Part shown: positions 21,535 through 30,637 of the stretch, piece after piece
Layout of the letters: every line of letters starts with the position of its first letter
Position numbering within the stretch: position 1 is the first letter of the stretch
Source of the DNA: Bacteroidales bacterium
Lineage (GTDB): Bacteria; Bacteroidota; Bacteroidia; Bacteroidales; GCA-2748055
Length of the DNA stretch: 64,000 bases
Direction: 5' to 3'
Assembly (NCBI GenBank): GCA_041393235.1
Contig: JAWKKO010000013.1
Coordinates: forward strand, 46,850-110,849
Notes under the pieces: model-generated
Database searches by the model: none
What the model was told of the DNA's origin: nothing
The model's input: the letters and a program-made list of their open reading frames with translations, nothing else
Translations under genes and position numbers: made by a program

Positions 21535-21959
21535 GATTCCTTCCGGATCTGGTTCAGAAGGTCGTCGTCGAGCATTTCTTCCAGGGACGTGCCGTGCAGG
21601 ATTTCCAGGATCTTGGCACGCGACGACATCCAGGTTTCATGCATGGCGCAGGTGTGGTCGAAGGGACAGTCATGAAACCCCATGATGCAGGCATCGAAAA
21701 CCGCCAGGCCTTCCACCGCATCGACGATTTGGGCCAGGGTGATCTCCCCGGCCGGCCGGCTCAGCTGAAATCCGCCCGTGCGTCCCTGGGTGCTGTTGAT
21801 GAACCCGTGTTTGGACAGGTCGGTAAGCAACTGACGGAGGTAGGGCCAGGGAATGTTCAGTTCCTGGTGCATGGATTTCGCAGAATGTCTGCTTTCCCCG
21901 TGAACAGCCAGGTAATGAAGGGTGGAAAGGGCGTAGGACGTTGTTTTGCTAAAATTCAT
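21531..21959 (-). CDS. Rrf2-family transcriptional regulator
   Basis: ORF 21531..22121 with internal ATG 21959. MNFSKTTSYALSTLHYLAVHG..LTDLSKHGFINSTQGRTGGFQLSRP..ITLAQIVDAVEG.., plus a Cys cluster CIMGFHDCPFDHTC. Confidence 0.85.
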   Translation of the reverse strand: MNFSKTTSYALSTLHYLAVHGESRHSAKSMHQELNIPWPYLRQLLTDLSKHGFINSTQGRTGGFQLSRPAGEITLAQIVDAVEGLAVFDACIMGFHDCPFDHTCAMHETWMSSRAKILEILHGTSLEEMLDDDLLNQIRKES

Positions 21960-22015
21960 CGGATTCTCCGTCCGTGAAAATAGCAAATCATCCGGACTTG
22001 GTCCCGGCCCTTGTT

Positions 22016-22023
22016 TATCTTTG
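22016..22023 (+). promoter_or_regulatory. Candidate -7 promoter box (TATCTTTG)
   Basis: Exact TAnnTTTG match 22 nt upstream of ATG 22045. Confidence 0.4.
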
Positions 22024-22044
22024 ACAGGAAATCTCGCATTTTTT

Positions 22045-23052
22045 ATGCAGAATCCACTCGTTTCCGTGGTTTTGCCCTTCTTCAACGCGGCACCGACCCT
22101 GTCCCGCGCCATCGAAAGCATGGCGGTTCAGGACATGGAACAGTTCGAATGCCTGCTCGTGGACAACAACTCGACCGACGGAAGCCTGGCCATCGCCAGG
22201 GCCTGGGTGGAACGGGACCATCGGTTCCGGCTTCTCCGGGAGGAGAAGCAGGGTGTGGTGTTTGCTTCCAACCGGGGCTGCGCCGGGGCACGAGCCGACC
22301 TGCTGGCCCGGATAGATGCGGACGACCGGTCCCACCCGGGCCGCCTGCGCCTTCAGATGGACTACCTGGCCCGGAACCCGTCCTACGGAGCCGTGGCCGG
22401 CCGGGTCCGCCATGTGGGCGATCCATTGCATACGGAAGGGTTCCAACGCTATGTCGACTGGAGCAACAGCCTGGTGACCTGCGAGCAGATCCAGATCCGC
22501 CGGTTCATTGAGTCCCCCCTGGTCAACCCCACCATGATGTGGCGGCGGTCCGCCATGGAAGCCCATGGCCTTTACAGGGACGGGGATTTTCCGGAGGACT
22601 ACGAGCTCTGGCTGCGGTGGCTGCACCGGGGGGTCCGGATCGGAAAGGTGGAAGACGTGGTGCTCGACTGGTACGACTCGCCCCGCCGGCTCACCCGGAC
22701 CCGGGCCAATTACAGCGAACGGGCCTTCTATGAGATCAAAAGCGACTACCTGGCCGCCTGGCTGAAGGAGAACAATCCCCTTCATCCCCGCGTGTGGATC
22801 TGGGGCGCCAGCCGGCTTTCGAGGCGACGGGCCGATCCTCTGGTGCAACGGGGGGTGGTGATCGATCGTTTTGTCGACACCAAAACGAGCCGGCAGATCC
22901 CGGCCGGGGTGGTTCATTACCGGGACGTCCCCCCGGCCGGTACCTGTTTTCTTCTATCCTATGTCCGCCAGTACGACAACCGGGAAAAGATCTGTGTCTT
23001 TCTGGAGAAACGGGGGTACCGGGAAGGCCGGGATTTTCTGCTGGTGAGCTGA
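22045..23052 (+). CDS. Glycosyltransferase family 2 with extra about 100-aa C-terminal domain
   Basis: ORF 21946..23052, ATG 22045. VSVVLPFFNAAPTLSRAIESMAVQD..ECLLVDNNSTDGS..ARIDADD is the GT2 (GT-A, DxD) pattern. The C-terminal RVWIWGASRLSRRRADPLVQRGVVIDRFVD.. looks Rossmann-like. Confidence 0.8.
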   Translation: MQNPLVSVVLPFFNAAPTLSRAIESMAVQDMEQFECLLVDNNSTDGSLAIARAWVERDHRFRLLREEKQGVVFASNRGCAGARADLLARIDADDRSHPGRLRLQMDYLARNPSYGAVAGRVRHVGDPLHTEGFQRYVDWSNSLVTCEQIQIRRFIESPLVNPTMMWRRSAMEAHGLYRDGDFPEDYELWLRWLHRGVRIGKVEDVVLDWYDSPRRLTRTRANYSERAFYEIKSDYLAAWLKENNPLHPRVWIWGASRLSRRRADPLVQRGVVIDRFVDTKTSRQIPAGVVHYRDVPPAGTCFLLSYVRQYDNREKICVFLEKRGYREGRDFLLVS

Positions 23053-23133
23053 GGCGAAGGCGTGCTTTTCCAATTCCCCGAACTTTCTATCTTTACGGAT
23101 TGGAATTCAATCCCATCTCACAATCGCATATCC

Positions 23134-25743
23134 ATGAAACGAACCTCCCTGCTGTTTGCCTTCGGCCTGGTCCTCGGACTGACGGCTGCACCGGGTGTCC
23201 TCCGGGCCCAGATCATCGATTCCCTCCTCCAGAACAAACGGATCTACCACACCCAATCCATCGAGGGGTATCCGCTCCCCAAGATCGACGGAATCCTGGA
23301 CGACAGCATCTGGACACTGGGCGAGTGGCAGGGGGATTTCACCCAGCAGCAGCCCGTGGGGGGCGCGCCGGGGACTGAGCAGACCTTCATCAAGATTCTC
23401 TACGACAAGAACAATCTGTATGTGGCCACCAAATTCATGGACCGGGAACCCGAGCTGATCCGCGACATCTTCGGTCGTCGCGACGAGCTCAACGGCGACA
23501 TGGGGGGCGTGGCCCTGGACAGCTACTTCGACAAACGGACGGCCTTCGAGTTCAACGTCACCGCGGCGGGACAGAAGGTGGACATCAAGCATCTGGGCGA
23601 TTACCAGTGGGATTTTAACTGGGACGGGGTCTGGGACGGTGCCTCCTCCCGCATCGATTCAGGCTGGGTCTCGGAAATGCAGATCCCCTTCAGCCAGCTC
23701 CGCTACTCCAACAAGGAGGAGCAGGTCTGGGGCCTTCATTACTGGCGGTGGATCGCCCGGCGGTCCGAGGAAAGCCAATGGCAGTACATTCCCAAGGATG
23801 CCCCGGCCATGGTGTACCTCTTCGGTGAATTGCACGGGATCCACGACATCCGGACCTCCCGGCAGGTGGAGTTCCTGCCCTACGTCCTGAGCTCGGTGGA
23901 ACGGCCGGCTTCGGGGGACGGGTTCGATCCCTTTCGCCTGAATGCGGGGATCGATGCCAAGGTGGGGATCAGCAGCGATTTCACCCTGGATCTCTCCATC
24001 AACCCGGATTTCGGTCAGGTCGAAGCCGACCCGTCCGTCTTGAACCTGACCTCCTTCGAAACCTTCTATGAAGAGAAGCGGCCCTTCTTTCTGGAGGGCA
24101 ACGAGATCTTTGATTTTGAAATGGACGGGGACATCCCCTTTTATTCCCGGCGCGTGGGCAGTGCCCCGGCCCTGAACGGATTTGTCCCGGGCCTCACCCT
24201 GAGCGAATTGCCCCAGCGGACCACCATCCTGGGGGCGGCCAAGCTCACCGGCCGTACCCGCAAGGGCTTGTCGGTCGGATTGGTGAACGGTCTCACGGCA
24301 GAGGAGTTTGCCACCGGGACCGATGCCGGGGGGACCGACCACCAGGTGCAGGTGGCTCCTATGAGCAATTACCTTTCGTCGCGGATCAAACGGGAATTCA
24401 ACGACAACAACACCATCGTCGGCGGGGTCTTTAACCTGGTGAAGCGAATGTCGGCCGACTCCCTGGTCGATGCCAGCCTGGTGTCGGGGGCGCTCACGGG
24501 CGGTCTCGATGTGTTGCATTACTGGGACCAGAAGAACTATTATTTCAGTGCCAAGGCCATTGCCAGCCAGATGCAGGGGAGCCCTCAGGCCATCCTTGCC
24601 AAGCAACTCGATGATGCCCACCGGTTTCAGCGGCCCGACGCTGATTATTTGCTGGTGGATCCGGCCCGGGAAAGCCTGGGGGGACACGGGGCCCTGGTGG
24701 AGGCCGGCAAGAACGGGGGAAAAATCAATTTCCGTGTCACGGGGCAGTACCGGAGTCCGGGACTGAACCTGAACGACATGGGCTATCTCCGGGAAGCCGA
24801 TTTCATGGGGCAGGGGGTGAGCGTGTCGTACCGGGTGAACGAACCGGGCGACTGGGTTCGGAGCTACACCCTGGATGTGGAGCAGGAAGCCCGTTGGAGT
24901 TTTGGCGGGGAGAACACCCGGAACCGCTGGTCGACGGGCCTGAACCTTTCCAGCAACAGCCTGTGGAGTTTCATTGTGGCCCTTCAGCAGGATTTCAGTC
25001 ACCTCGACATCCGGGAACTGCGGGGAGGCCCTGCCCTGCGGGTCGATCCGTCCACCATGCTCGGAATGCGGGTGGGTTCCAACCCGAACAAGGACCTGTA
25101 TGGTGCCGTGATGGGTCACGTTTACCACCATGGGTTGCAGGGGAGCAACCAGAAGAATGCGACCCTGAGCCTGACCTGGCTGCCCGTTCGCAAGATCAAG
25201 CTGAGCGCGCTAACCTTCCTGGAGCGCCGGCAATACCACCAGCAGTATGTGGGATCCCTTCAGGGAACCGACAGCTGGGAGTATGTGGTGGGGCGCATCG
25301 ACCAGCGGTCGGCCTCCCTGACCTTCCGGGGCGAATTGTTCCTGAACCCGGAGCTCTCGCTTCAGTATTATGCCTCCCCCTTCTATTCAAGCGGGAAGTA
25401 CGACGATTTCAGCCGGGTGACCGATGCCCGGGCCCTGGCGCGGGACGACCGCTTCCAGGACCTGGGCCTGGATGCGGAGTCGGGTCAGGACACGTACAGC
25501 TACGAGGCGGACGGTTCGACCTGGAACTTTGCCAACCCGGATTTCAGTTTCATGCAATTCCGGTCCAACCTGGTGCTTCGCTGGGAATACAAGCTCGGCT
25601 CCACCCTGTACCTGGTGTGGGCCCACGACCGGTCCGGTTTCGAAAGCCTGTTCAACCCGGTGCAGGACATCACCGGCGATTTGTGGGGGATCCGCGGGAA
25701 CCACGTGCTCATGTTCAAGCTGAACTTCTGGTTCAGCGTCTGA
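23134..25743 (+). CDS. CBM9-like plus DUF5916-type large beta-barrel protein
   Basis: ORF 23062..25743, ATG 23134 (signal MKRTSLLFAFGLVLGLTAAPGVLRAQ). N-terminal ..PKIDGILDDSIWTLGEWQGDF..NLYVATKFMD..DSYFDKRTAFEFNVTAAG is as in carbohydrate-binding family 9 / DUF5916 proteins. Confidence 0.65.
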   Translation: MKRTSLLFAFGLVLGLTAAPGVLRAQIIDSLLQNKRIYHTQSIEGYPLPKIDGILDDSIWTLGEWQGDFTQQQPVGGAPGTEQTFIKILYDKNNLYVATKFMDREPELIRDIFGRRDELNGDMGGVALDSYFDKRTAFEFNVTAAGQKVDIKHLGDYQWDFNWDGVWDGASSRIDSGWVSEMQIPFSQLRYSNKEEQVWGLHYWRWIARRSEESQWQYIPKDAPAMVYLFGELHGIHDIRTSRQVEFLPYVLSSVERPASGDGFDPFRLNAGIDAKVGISSDFTLDLSINPDFGQVEADPSVLNLTSFETFYEEKRPFFLEGNEIFDFEMDGDIPFYSRRVGSAPALNGFVPGLTLSELPQRTTILGAAKLTGRTRKGLSVGLVNGLTAEEFATGTDAGGTDHQVQVAPMSNYLSSRIKREFNDNNTIVGGVFNLVKRMSADSLVDASLVSGALTGGLDVLHYWDQKNYYFSAKAIASQMQGSPQAILAKQLDDAHRFQRPDADYLLVDPARESLGGHGALVEAGKNGGKINFRVTGQYRSPGLNLNDMGYLREADFMGQGVSVSYRVNEPGDWVRSYTLDVEQEARWSFGGENTRNRWSTGLNLSSNSLWSFIVALQQDFSHLDIRELRGGPALRVDPSTMLGMRVGSNPNKDLYGAVMGHVYHHGLQGSNQKNATLSLTWLPVRKIKLSALTFLERRQYHQQYVGSLQGTDSWEYVVGRIDQRSASLTFRGELFLNPELSLQYYASPFYSSGKYDDFSRVTDARALARDDRFQDLGLDAESGQDTYSYEADGSTWNFANPDFSFMQFRSNLVLRWEYKLGSTLYLVWAHDRSGFESLFNPVQDITGDLWGIRGNHVLMFKLNFWFSV

Positions 25744-25746
25744 TCC

Positions 25747-26484
25747 TCAGCGGGGCGGGGGAAGTGCATCCCCGGCCAGGGCTTCGATCTCGCAGGCGTT
25801 CAGGGCCCGCCGGTAAAGAATCACGTCGTCCAGGGTGCCCTCGAAATACCGGTGGTCGCCCAGGTCTCCGGCCTGGTACCGGCCCAGGGTGAGGGGCGCG
25901 CTGCAATCCAGATCGCTGCGGGCATAGCCCGTGTCGAGGCTCCCCACCTCCACGCCGTCCACAAACAGCTTCCAGACCGGACCGTCCACAATGCCCGCCA
26001 CATGGTGCCAGCGGCCGTCGTCGATCCGGTCGGGCGACCCCACCTTGAAATACCCGCCGCTGCCGATCCGTCCTCCCCAGGCCGCCTTCCCGTCCTGGAG
26101 GCTCAGGATGAAGCCCGCGTCGGCGCTGAAATCGTATTTGGAAACGAGGTGGCTTTCCCGGGTTTGTTCCCCGGCCAACACCCAGCAACTCACGGTGAGC
26201 CGGTTGCGGACCCGGGGCAGGGACACCCCACAGGCGACGTAATCGCCCAGGCCGTCGAATTGCAGGGCGGAGGCGGCGGCGCCCTGCCGGTCGGCGGCGG
26301 GCGAGCAACCGACCAGGGTGCCGTCGTTCCCGAATCCGGAAACATCGGTCCCGTCGCCCTCCAGGGGGTAGTGGGCGATGCGTTCCCAGAGCAGATCGAT
26401 GTACTGCGCCTGGAGGGCCACCCCTCCCTGCAACAGGAGGAGGAATCCCGCCAACATCCGTCCCGTGCCTCGTTTTCGTTTCAT
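25747..26484 (-). CDS. Secreted LamG (concanavalin-A-like lectin) domain protein
   Basis: ORF 25747..26484. It has a signal peptide, then ..GNDGTLVGCSPAADRQGAAASALQFDGLGDYVACG..WHHVAGIVDG..LFVDGVEV..GTLDDVILYRRAL, the typical Laminin_G_3 pattern. It overlaps the upstream gene by 4 nt. Confidence 0.8.
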   Translation of the reverse strand: MKRKRGTGRMLAGFLLLLQGGVALQAQYIDLLWERIAHYPLEGDGTDVSGFGNDGTLVGCSPAADRQGAAASALQFDGLGDYVACGVSLPRVRNRLTVSCWVLAGEQTRESHLVSKYDFSADAGFILSLQDGKAAWGGRIGSGGYFKVGSPDRIDDGRWHHVAGIVDGPVWKLFVDGVEVGSLDTGYARSDLDCSAPLTLGRYQAGDLGDHRYFEGTLDDVILYRRALNACEIEALAGDALPPPR

Positions 26485-27371
26485 TCCCTTTTCAGATAAA
26501 CAAATCCTTTGACAACCTCGTCGCGTCCACCCGGAAACAAAAGGTACCAGTAGGTGCCGGGGGGGAGCGGCCTTCCGCCGGCATCCGTCCCCTCCCAGTC
26601 GTGCCGGTACGCTTTGGACCGATGGACTTCCCGGCCCGACCGGTCGAACACCAGGAGGTAGCTGTCTTCCGGCAGTCCCCGGATGACAAACGCGTCATTG
26701 ATCCCGTCGGCGTTCGGGGTGAAGGCGTTGGGTACCTCCAGGTCCCCGTAGTCCAGGGGTGCCTCTTCCAGCTCCGTCAGCCGGAAGTGGTCCAGGCACA
26801 GGTTTCCCCCCGAGACCGTGGGTTCCGTCGGGACGATCTCCAGGAGAAGGGCCTCCACCGGTTCGAGGGGAAAGAGGATGAGGGAACAATCCAGCCAGCC
26901 GGTGTTCCTTATGGGGTCCGAACCGGCAAGCAGCACGCCTTTTTCCAGGCTGGCCGAAGCCGCATGGATGGCCAGACCGACGGGATCCGTGTAGGCATGA
27001 AACCCGGTGGACCAGTCGAAATGCCCCACATCGTCCCGGGAAGCCAGGCGGAGGGTCGCCCGGTAGTAGGTGTTTTCCTTCAGGGGCTCCCGGAGCAGGG
27101 CGGCTGCGCTTTCCGCGGATTCCGGGCTTCCGTCCCGTCCCGGGCGGGTCACCAGGGTCATGTAGGTGGCCCCGTCGGCCGCCGGAAAAGGATCGCAGTC
27201 CAGGGGTTCGGTGTCGGGTGTGGACCGTTCTCCGGCAGGAATCCACCCGGGCGGTGCCTGCTCCAGGCCCGGGGGCCCTTCGAAGGAGGGGTTGTCCAAA
27301 AACAGGTTCTGTGCGTGCAGGAGTCGGACGGTCCCGGTCAGCGCCACCAGGGCCATCACGGGAACCACCAT
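26481..27371 (-). CDS. T9SS type-B sorting-domain (CHU_C / gliding-motility C-terminal domain) cargo protein with CBM-like N-terminal domain
   Basis: ORF 26481..27494. The C-terminus ..VPNAFTPNADGINDAFVIRGL..YLLVFDRSGREVHRSKAY..WEGTDAGGRPLPPGTYWYLL is the type-B CTD signature. A signal-like MVVPVMALVALTGTVRLLHAQ starts at 27371. An alternative ATG at 27494 lies 1 nt from the PorP/SprF stop. Confidence 0.8.
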   Translation of the reverse strand: MVVPVMALVALTGTVRLLHAQNLFLDNPSFEGPPGLEQAPPGWIPAGERSTPDTEPLDCDPFPAADGATYMTLVTRPGRDGSPESAESAAALLREPLKENTYYRATLRLASRDDVGHFDWSTGFHAYTDPVGLAIHAASASLEKGVLLAGSDPIRNTGWLDCSLILFPLEPVEALLLEIVPTEPTVSGGNLCLDHFRLTELEEAPLDYGDLEVPNAFTPNADGINDAFVIRGLPEDSYLLVFDRSGREVHRSKAYRHDWEGTDAGGRPLPPGTYWYLLFPGGRDEVVKGFVYLKRE

Positions 27372-27495
27372 CCATCTCGGGAACTCCCTTTTCTGCGAGA
27401 CACGTTTCGGCAAGATCCTCTTCCCGGGACGTCTTTTTCCCGGGAAACTTCTTCCCGGGACCATCGTTCCTCCTATGTTCCGGATCGTCATCATG

Positions 27496-28446
27496 TCAAA
27501 AACCGCGGGTCCGGCGGATGCCGGTGTTCAATCCAAGGTGCAGGGCGTGGGTTCCGGCGGTGTACCGGATGAGGTTCGACAGGTTGGCCTCGTACGTGTA
27601 CACCAGGTGCAGGACCCCGATTTTGATGCCCACATGGGCGCTCAGGGCCTGGTAGGAATGGATGCTCAGGGCCACCCAGTGGTATTCCTGAATGTAGCTT
27701 CGCAGGTGGAGGTCGCCCTCCAGGGTCTCCCCGTCGAGCCAGCGCACCGAGCCGCTCAGCTCCAGTTTGGGCCGGCCCATTTCCCGGAACAGGGTTCCTC
27801 CCGACAACAGGACGTCGGTGCCATGGCCTGCCCCATCCCACCCCTCTTCCCGAAGGGGAAGGACATGCTGGACGGCCACGCCGCCGAACAGGGTGGGGGA
27901 GTAATAGTAGATCCCGGTGCCGGCGTTGGCGTCGAGCCGGGAATCCCGGACTCCGGTGAGAAGGGGATCGTCGGGATAGGTGCCGTGAAGACCGCTTTCG
28001 TCGCGGAGGTACTGCATCACCGATCCCGAGAGTCCCAGGCTGAGCCGGGCGTTGTTCAGTTCCAGGTGGTAGGCATAGGCCAGGAGTCCGCCCCGTTGCA
28101 CCAGGGGTCCGTTTTCGTCGGCGTACAGGGCGAGACCCAACCCGATCCGTTCCTTGATCCGGAGTCCGGACGTGTTCAGCAGCTTCCGGGGATTGTAGTA
28201 TCCGAAGTTCCCGATCCGCAGGCTGGTACTGAACAGCATGGATTGGGGGGAGCCTGGGATGCCGGCCCACTGCTTCCGGTAGCTCAGGGTGGCCACGGAG
28301 AAAAATTCGCTTCCCGATACGGCGGGATTGGCCAGGACGGGGTGGATCAGGTGTTGCCTGTACAGGATGTTGTCCTGGCCGTCGGCCGGACAGGCCAAAA
28401 CCAGGAGCAGGAGTCCCAGGGTGGATCGATGAAATGGGCCGGTCAT
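27496..28446 (-). CDS. PorP/SprF-family type IX secretion system membrane protein
   Basis: ORF 27496..28497, ATG 28446. ..YRQHLIHPVLANPAVSGSEFFSVATLSYRKQWAGIPGSPQSMLFS.. is the PorP/SprF signature, and the context fits (directly upstream of a type-B CTD gene). Confidence 0.9.
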   Translation of the reverse strand: MTGPFHRSTLGLLLLVLACPADGQDNILYRQHLIHPVLANPAVSGSEFFSVATLSYRKQWAGIPGSPQSMLFSTSLRIGNFGYYNPRKLLNTSGLRIKERIGLGLALYADENGPLVQRGGLLAYAYHLELNNARLSLGLSGSVMQYLRDESGLHGTYPDDPLLTGVRDSRLDANAGTGIYYYSPTLFGGVAVQHVLPLREEGWDGAGHGTDVLLSGGTLFREMGRPKLELSGSVRWLDGETLEGDLHLRSYIQEYHWVALSIHSYQALSAHVGIKIGVLHLVYTYEANLSNLIRYTAGTHALHLGLNTGIRRTRGF

Positions 28447-28489
28447 TCGAATTAAAAGTCGTAATTTTATTTGACAATCTGTGAGTCCT

Positions 28490-29551
28490 ATGTACAAAAT
28501 TGCCTGCTCTTTGGTTTTCTTGTGTCTGATAGTGAGTGTGTTTGGGCAAGCTCCGGACCATTTCAGCTACCAGGCCGTGTTGCGCAACACCGACGGAACC
28601 CCCCGGGCCCTCCAGGAAGTGGAACTGCTTGTGGAACTGCGCCAGGGGTCGCCCGACGGACCGGCGGTGTTTACCCAGGTTCAGACCGTGCAAACGGATC
28701 CCTTCGGGGCCGTCACCCTCCGCATCGGCGACGGGGCGGTTTTCTCGGAACTGGACTGGGAGCTGGGACCCTATTTCCTGGCCCTCACCGTGGATGGGAC
28801 CTACCTGGGCGCCAGTCAGTTGTTGAGTGTTCCCTATGCCTTGTACGCCCGGGAAGCGGGGCATGTGGACGATCCGGATCCCGATCCCGCCAACGAGTTG
28901 CAGACCCTGAGCATCGAAGAGGATGTGCTTTCCATCAGCGGAGGCAATTCGGTGACCCTCCCCGATGTGATCACCCCCTGGCAAAGCAACCTGAACGGCA
29001 TCCACTATCCCCGGAATGTGGGGATCGGGAATTACGTCACCCTCCCGGTCAACGCCCTGGACATCCGGCGCGACATGACCAGTGCCGAAGACAAGGCCCT
29101 GATCCGGCTGCAGAATTCGGACATCGGGAACCTGGCCTATGTGGCCCTGGGGCTGGAGACCTACCAGGACATCATTGAAAAGGATTTTTACCGGAGCGAA
29201 TTTCTGTTGACATCCCGGGAATACACGGGAATCCCCGATTTCCGGGGCATGACGGCGGTCAAGGCCCCCGGAACCGGATTTTCGCTCTGGGCCTCCGAAC
29301 CCACCGGATCCCTCCGGTTTTACACCACCCCGCTGGCCGGTTCCATGCAGGAGCAGGCCCGGTTCAGTACCGCCGGATTCCTGGGACTGGGAACGACCGT
29401 TCCCAAAACCCGGTTGCATGTGGCCTCCGGTGACGTGTACGTCGAGGAGTCCGCCTCCGGCGTTGTCCTTCGCTCTCCCAACGGAAAGCAATGGCGGGTG
29501 CAGGTCGATGACGCGGGGACCCTCCGCGCCACCGAGATTTCTCTGAAATAA
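28490..29551 (+). CDS. Secreted tail-fibre-like hypothetical protein
   Basis: ORF 28481..29551, ATG 28490 (signal MYKIACSLVFLCLIVSVFGQ). It has FSYQAVLRNTDG.. beta-sandwich-type repeats, a DPDPANELQTLSIEEDVLSISGGNSVTLP motif and ..GLGTTVPKTRLHVASG.., as seen in Bacteroidota tail-fibre-domain proteins. Confidence 0.55.
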   Translation: MYKIACSLVFLCLIVSVFGQAPDHFSYQAVLRNTDGTPRALQEVELLVELRQGSPDGPAVFTQVQTVQTDPFGAVTLRIGDGAVFSELDWELGPYFLALTVDGTYLGASQLLSVPYALYAREAGHVDDPDPDPANELQTLSIEEDVLSISGGNSVTLPDVITPWQSNLNGIHYPRNVGIGNYVTLPVNALDIRRDMTSAEDKALIRLQNSDIGNLAYVALGLETYQDIIEKDFYRSEFLLTSREYTGIPDFRGMTAVKAPGTGFSLWASEPTGSLRFYTTPLAGSMQEQARFSTAGFLGLGTTVPKTRLHVASGDVYVEESASGVVLRSPNGKQWRVQVDDAGTLRATEISLK

Positions 29552-29606
29552 ATCGTACCTTGGAAATTGCTTTGATAACCCAACACCTGACTGAAAACCG
29601 ACGAAA

Positions 29607-30533
29607 ATGAATCGCAGATCTTTTGTAAAAAACAGCGCGCTCGCCTCGGGGGTTCTTGCCGGACCCTCCCTTTTGCGTGCCTCCACGGAACCGAAGCGGC
29701 CCTCCGCTTTGGAATCCCACAACTTCAAGCTCAAGTACGCCCCCCAGTTCGGGATGTTCTCCCACCATGGGGGAGACGATCTGATGGACCAGCTCCAGTT
29801 CATGGCCGATGTGGGATTCCGCGCCATGGAGGACAACAACATGAAAAGCCGGGACATCCCCACCCAGGAAAAAATTGCTGCAAAAATGGCCAACCTGGGT
29901 CTGGAGATGGGCGTCTTCGTGGCCCACACCATCCACTGGAACGATGCCCACCTGGTGAGCGGGAAGAAAGAGGTGACGGAGGTATTTCTCCAGGAGATCC
30001 GCGAGTCGGTGGAGGTGGCCAAACGGGTCAACGCCACCTGGATGACGGTGGTTCCCGGACACGTGGATCTGAGCCTGAATCCGGATTACCAGACCGCCCA
30101 TGTGGTGGATGCCCTTCGCAGAGCCTGCGAGATCCTGGAACCGCACGGATTGGTCATGGTGCTGGAGCCCCTGAACTTCTACAACCATCCGGGCCAGTTT
30201 CTCAAGGAAATCCCCCAGTCCTACCTGGTGTGCCAGGCGGTGAACAGTCCCTCCTGCAAGATTCTGGACGATCTCTACCACATGCAGATCCAGGAGGGGA
30301 ATCTGATTCCCAACATGGACCTGGCCTGGGAGGAGATCGGCTACTTCCAGGTGGGGGACAATCCCGGCCGGAACGAACCCACCACCGGGGAAATCAATTA
30401 CCTCAATGTGTTCCGGCACATCCACGAAAAAGGATTCCAGGGGATCGTGGGTATGGAACACGGCAATTCCAAACCCGGAAAGGAAGGGGAGCTGGCCCTC
30501 ATCGAGGCCTATGCGTCCGTGGACCAATTCTAA
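29607..30533 (+). CDS. Tat-signal xylose-isomerase-like TIM-barrel protein (sugar phosphate isomerase/epimerase; hydroxypyruvate-isomerase-like)
   Basis: ORF 29607..30533. It has a twin-arginine leader MNRRSFVKNSALASGVLAG, then ..FRAMEDN..VLEPLN..HPGQFL..LYHMQIQEGN..IGYFQVGDNPGRNEP..GIVGMEHG, the typical metal-ligand spacing of this fold. Confidence 0.75.
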   Translation: MNRRSFVKNSALASGVLAGPSLLRASTEPKRPSALESHNFKLKYAPQFGMFSHHGGDDLMDQLQFMADVGFRAMEDNNMKSRDIPTQEKIAAKMANLGLEMGVFVAHTIHWNDAHLVSGKKEVTEVFLQEIRESVEVAKRVNATWMTVVPGHVDLSLNPDYQTAHVVDALRRACEILEPHGLVMVLEPLNFYNHPGQFLKEIPQSYLVCQAVNSPSCKILDDLYHMQIQEGNLIPNMDLAWEEIGYFQVGDNPGRNEPTTGEINYLNVFRHIHEKGFQGIVGMEHGNSKPGKEGELALIEAYASVDQF

Positions 30534-30558
30534 AACCGGTCCGGGTCCATCCAAAAGG

Positions 30559-30593
30559 GAAGGAGGCTCACCCCGCCGGGGTCAGCCTCCTTC
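30559..30593. terminator. Bidirectional stem-loop between convergent genes
   Basis: GAAGGAGGCT (30559-30568) pairs perfectly with AGCCTCCTTC (30584-30593), and an inner CCCC/GGGG pairing extends the stem. It is followed by CCTTTTGG on the minus strand and TTCTATC on the plus strand. Confidence 0.65.
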
Positions 30594-30637
30594 TATCATC
30601 GTAGTTTAGCAGGATTGTCCGCTTAGTTTTCCCTTCC

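Noticed and set aside
27491-30037. An 848-aa minus-strand ORF.
   Set aside because: It overlaps PorP/SprF in another frame and is antisense to two plus-strand genes with clear family signatures. It is Arg/Pro/Gly-rich with no motifs.
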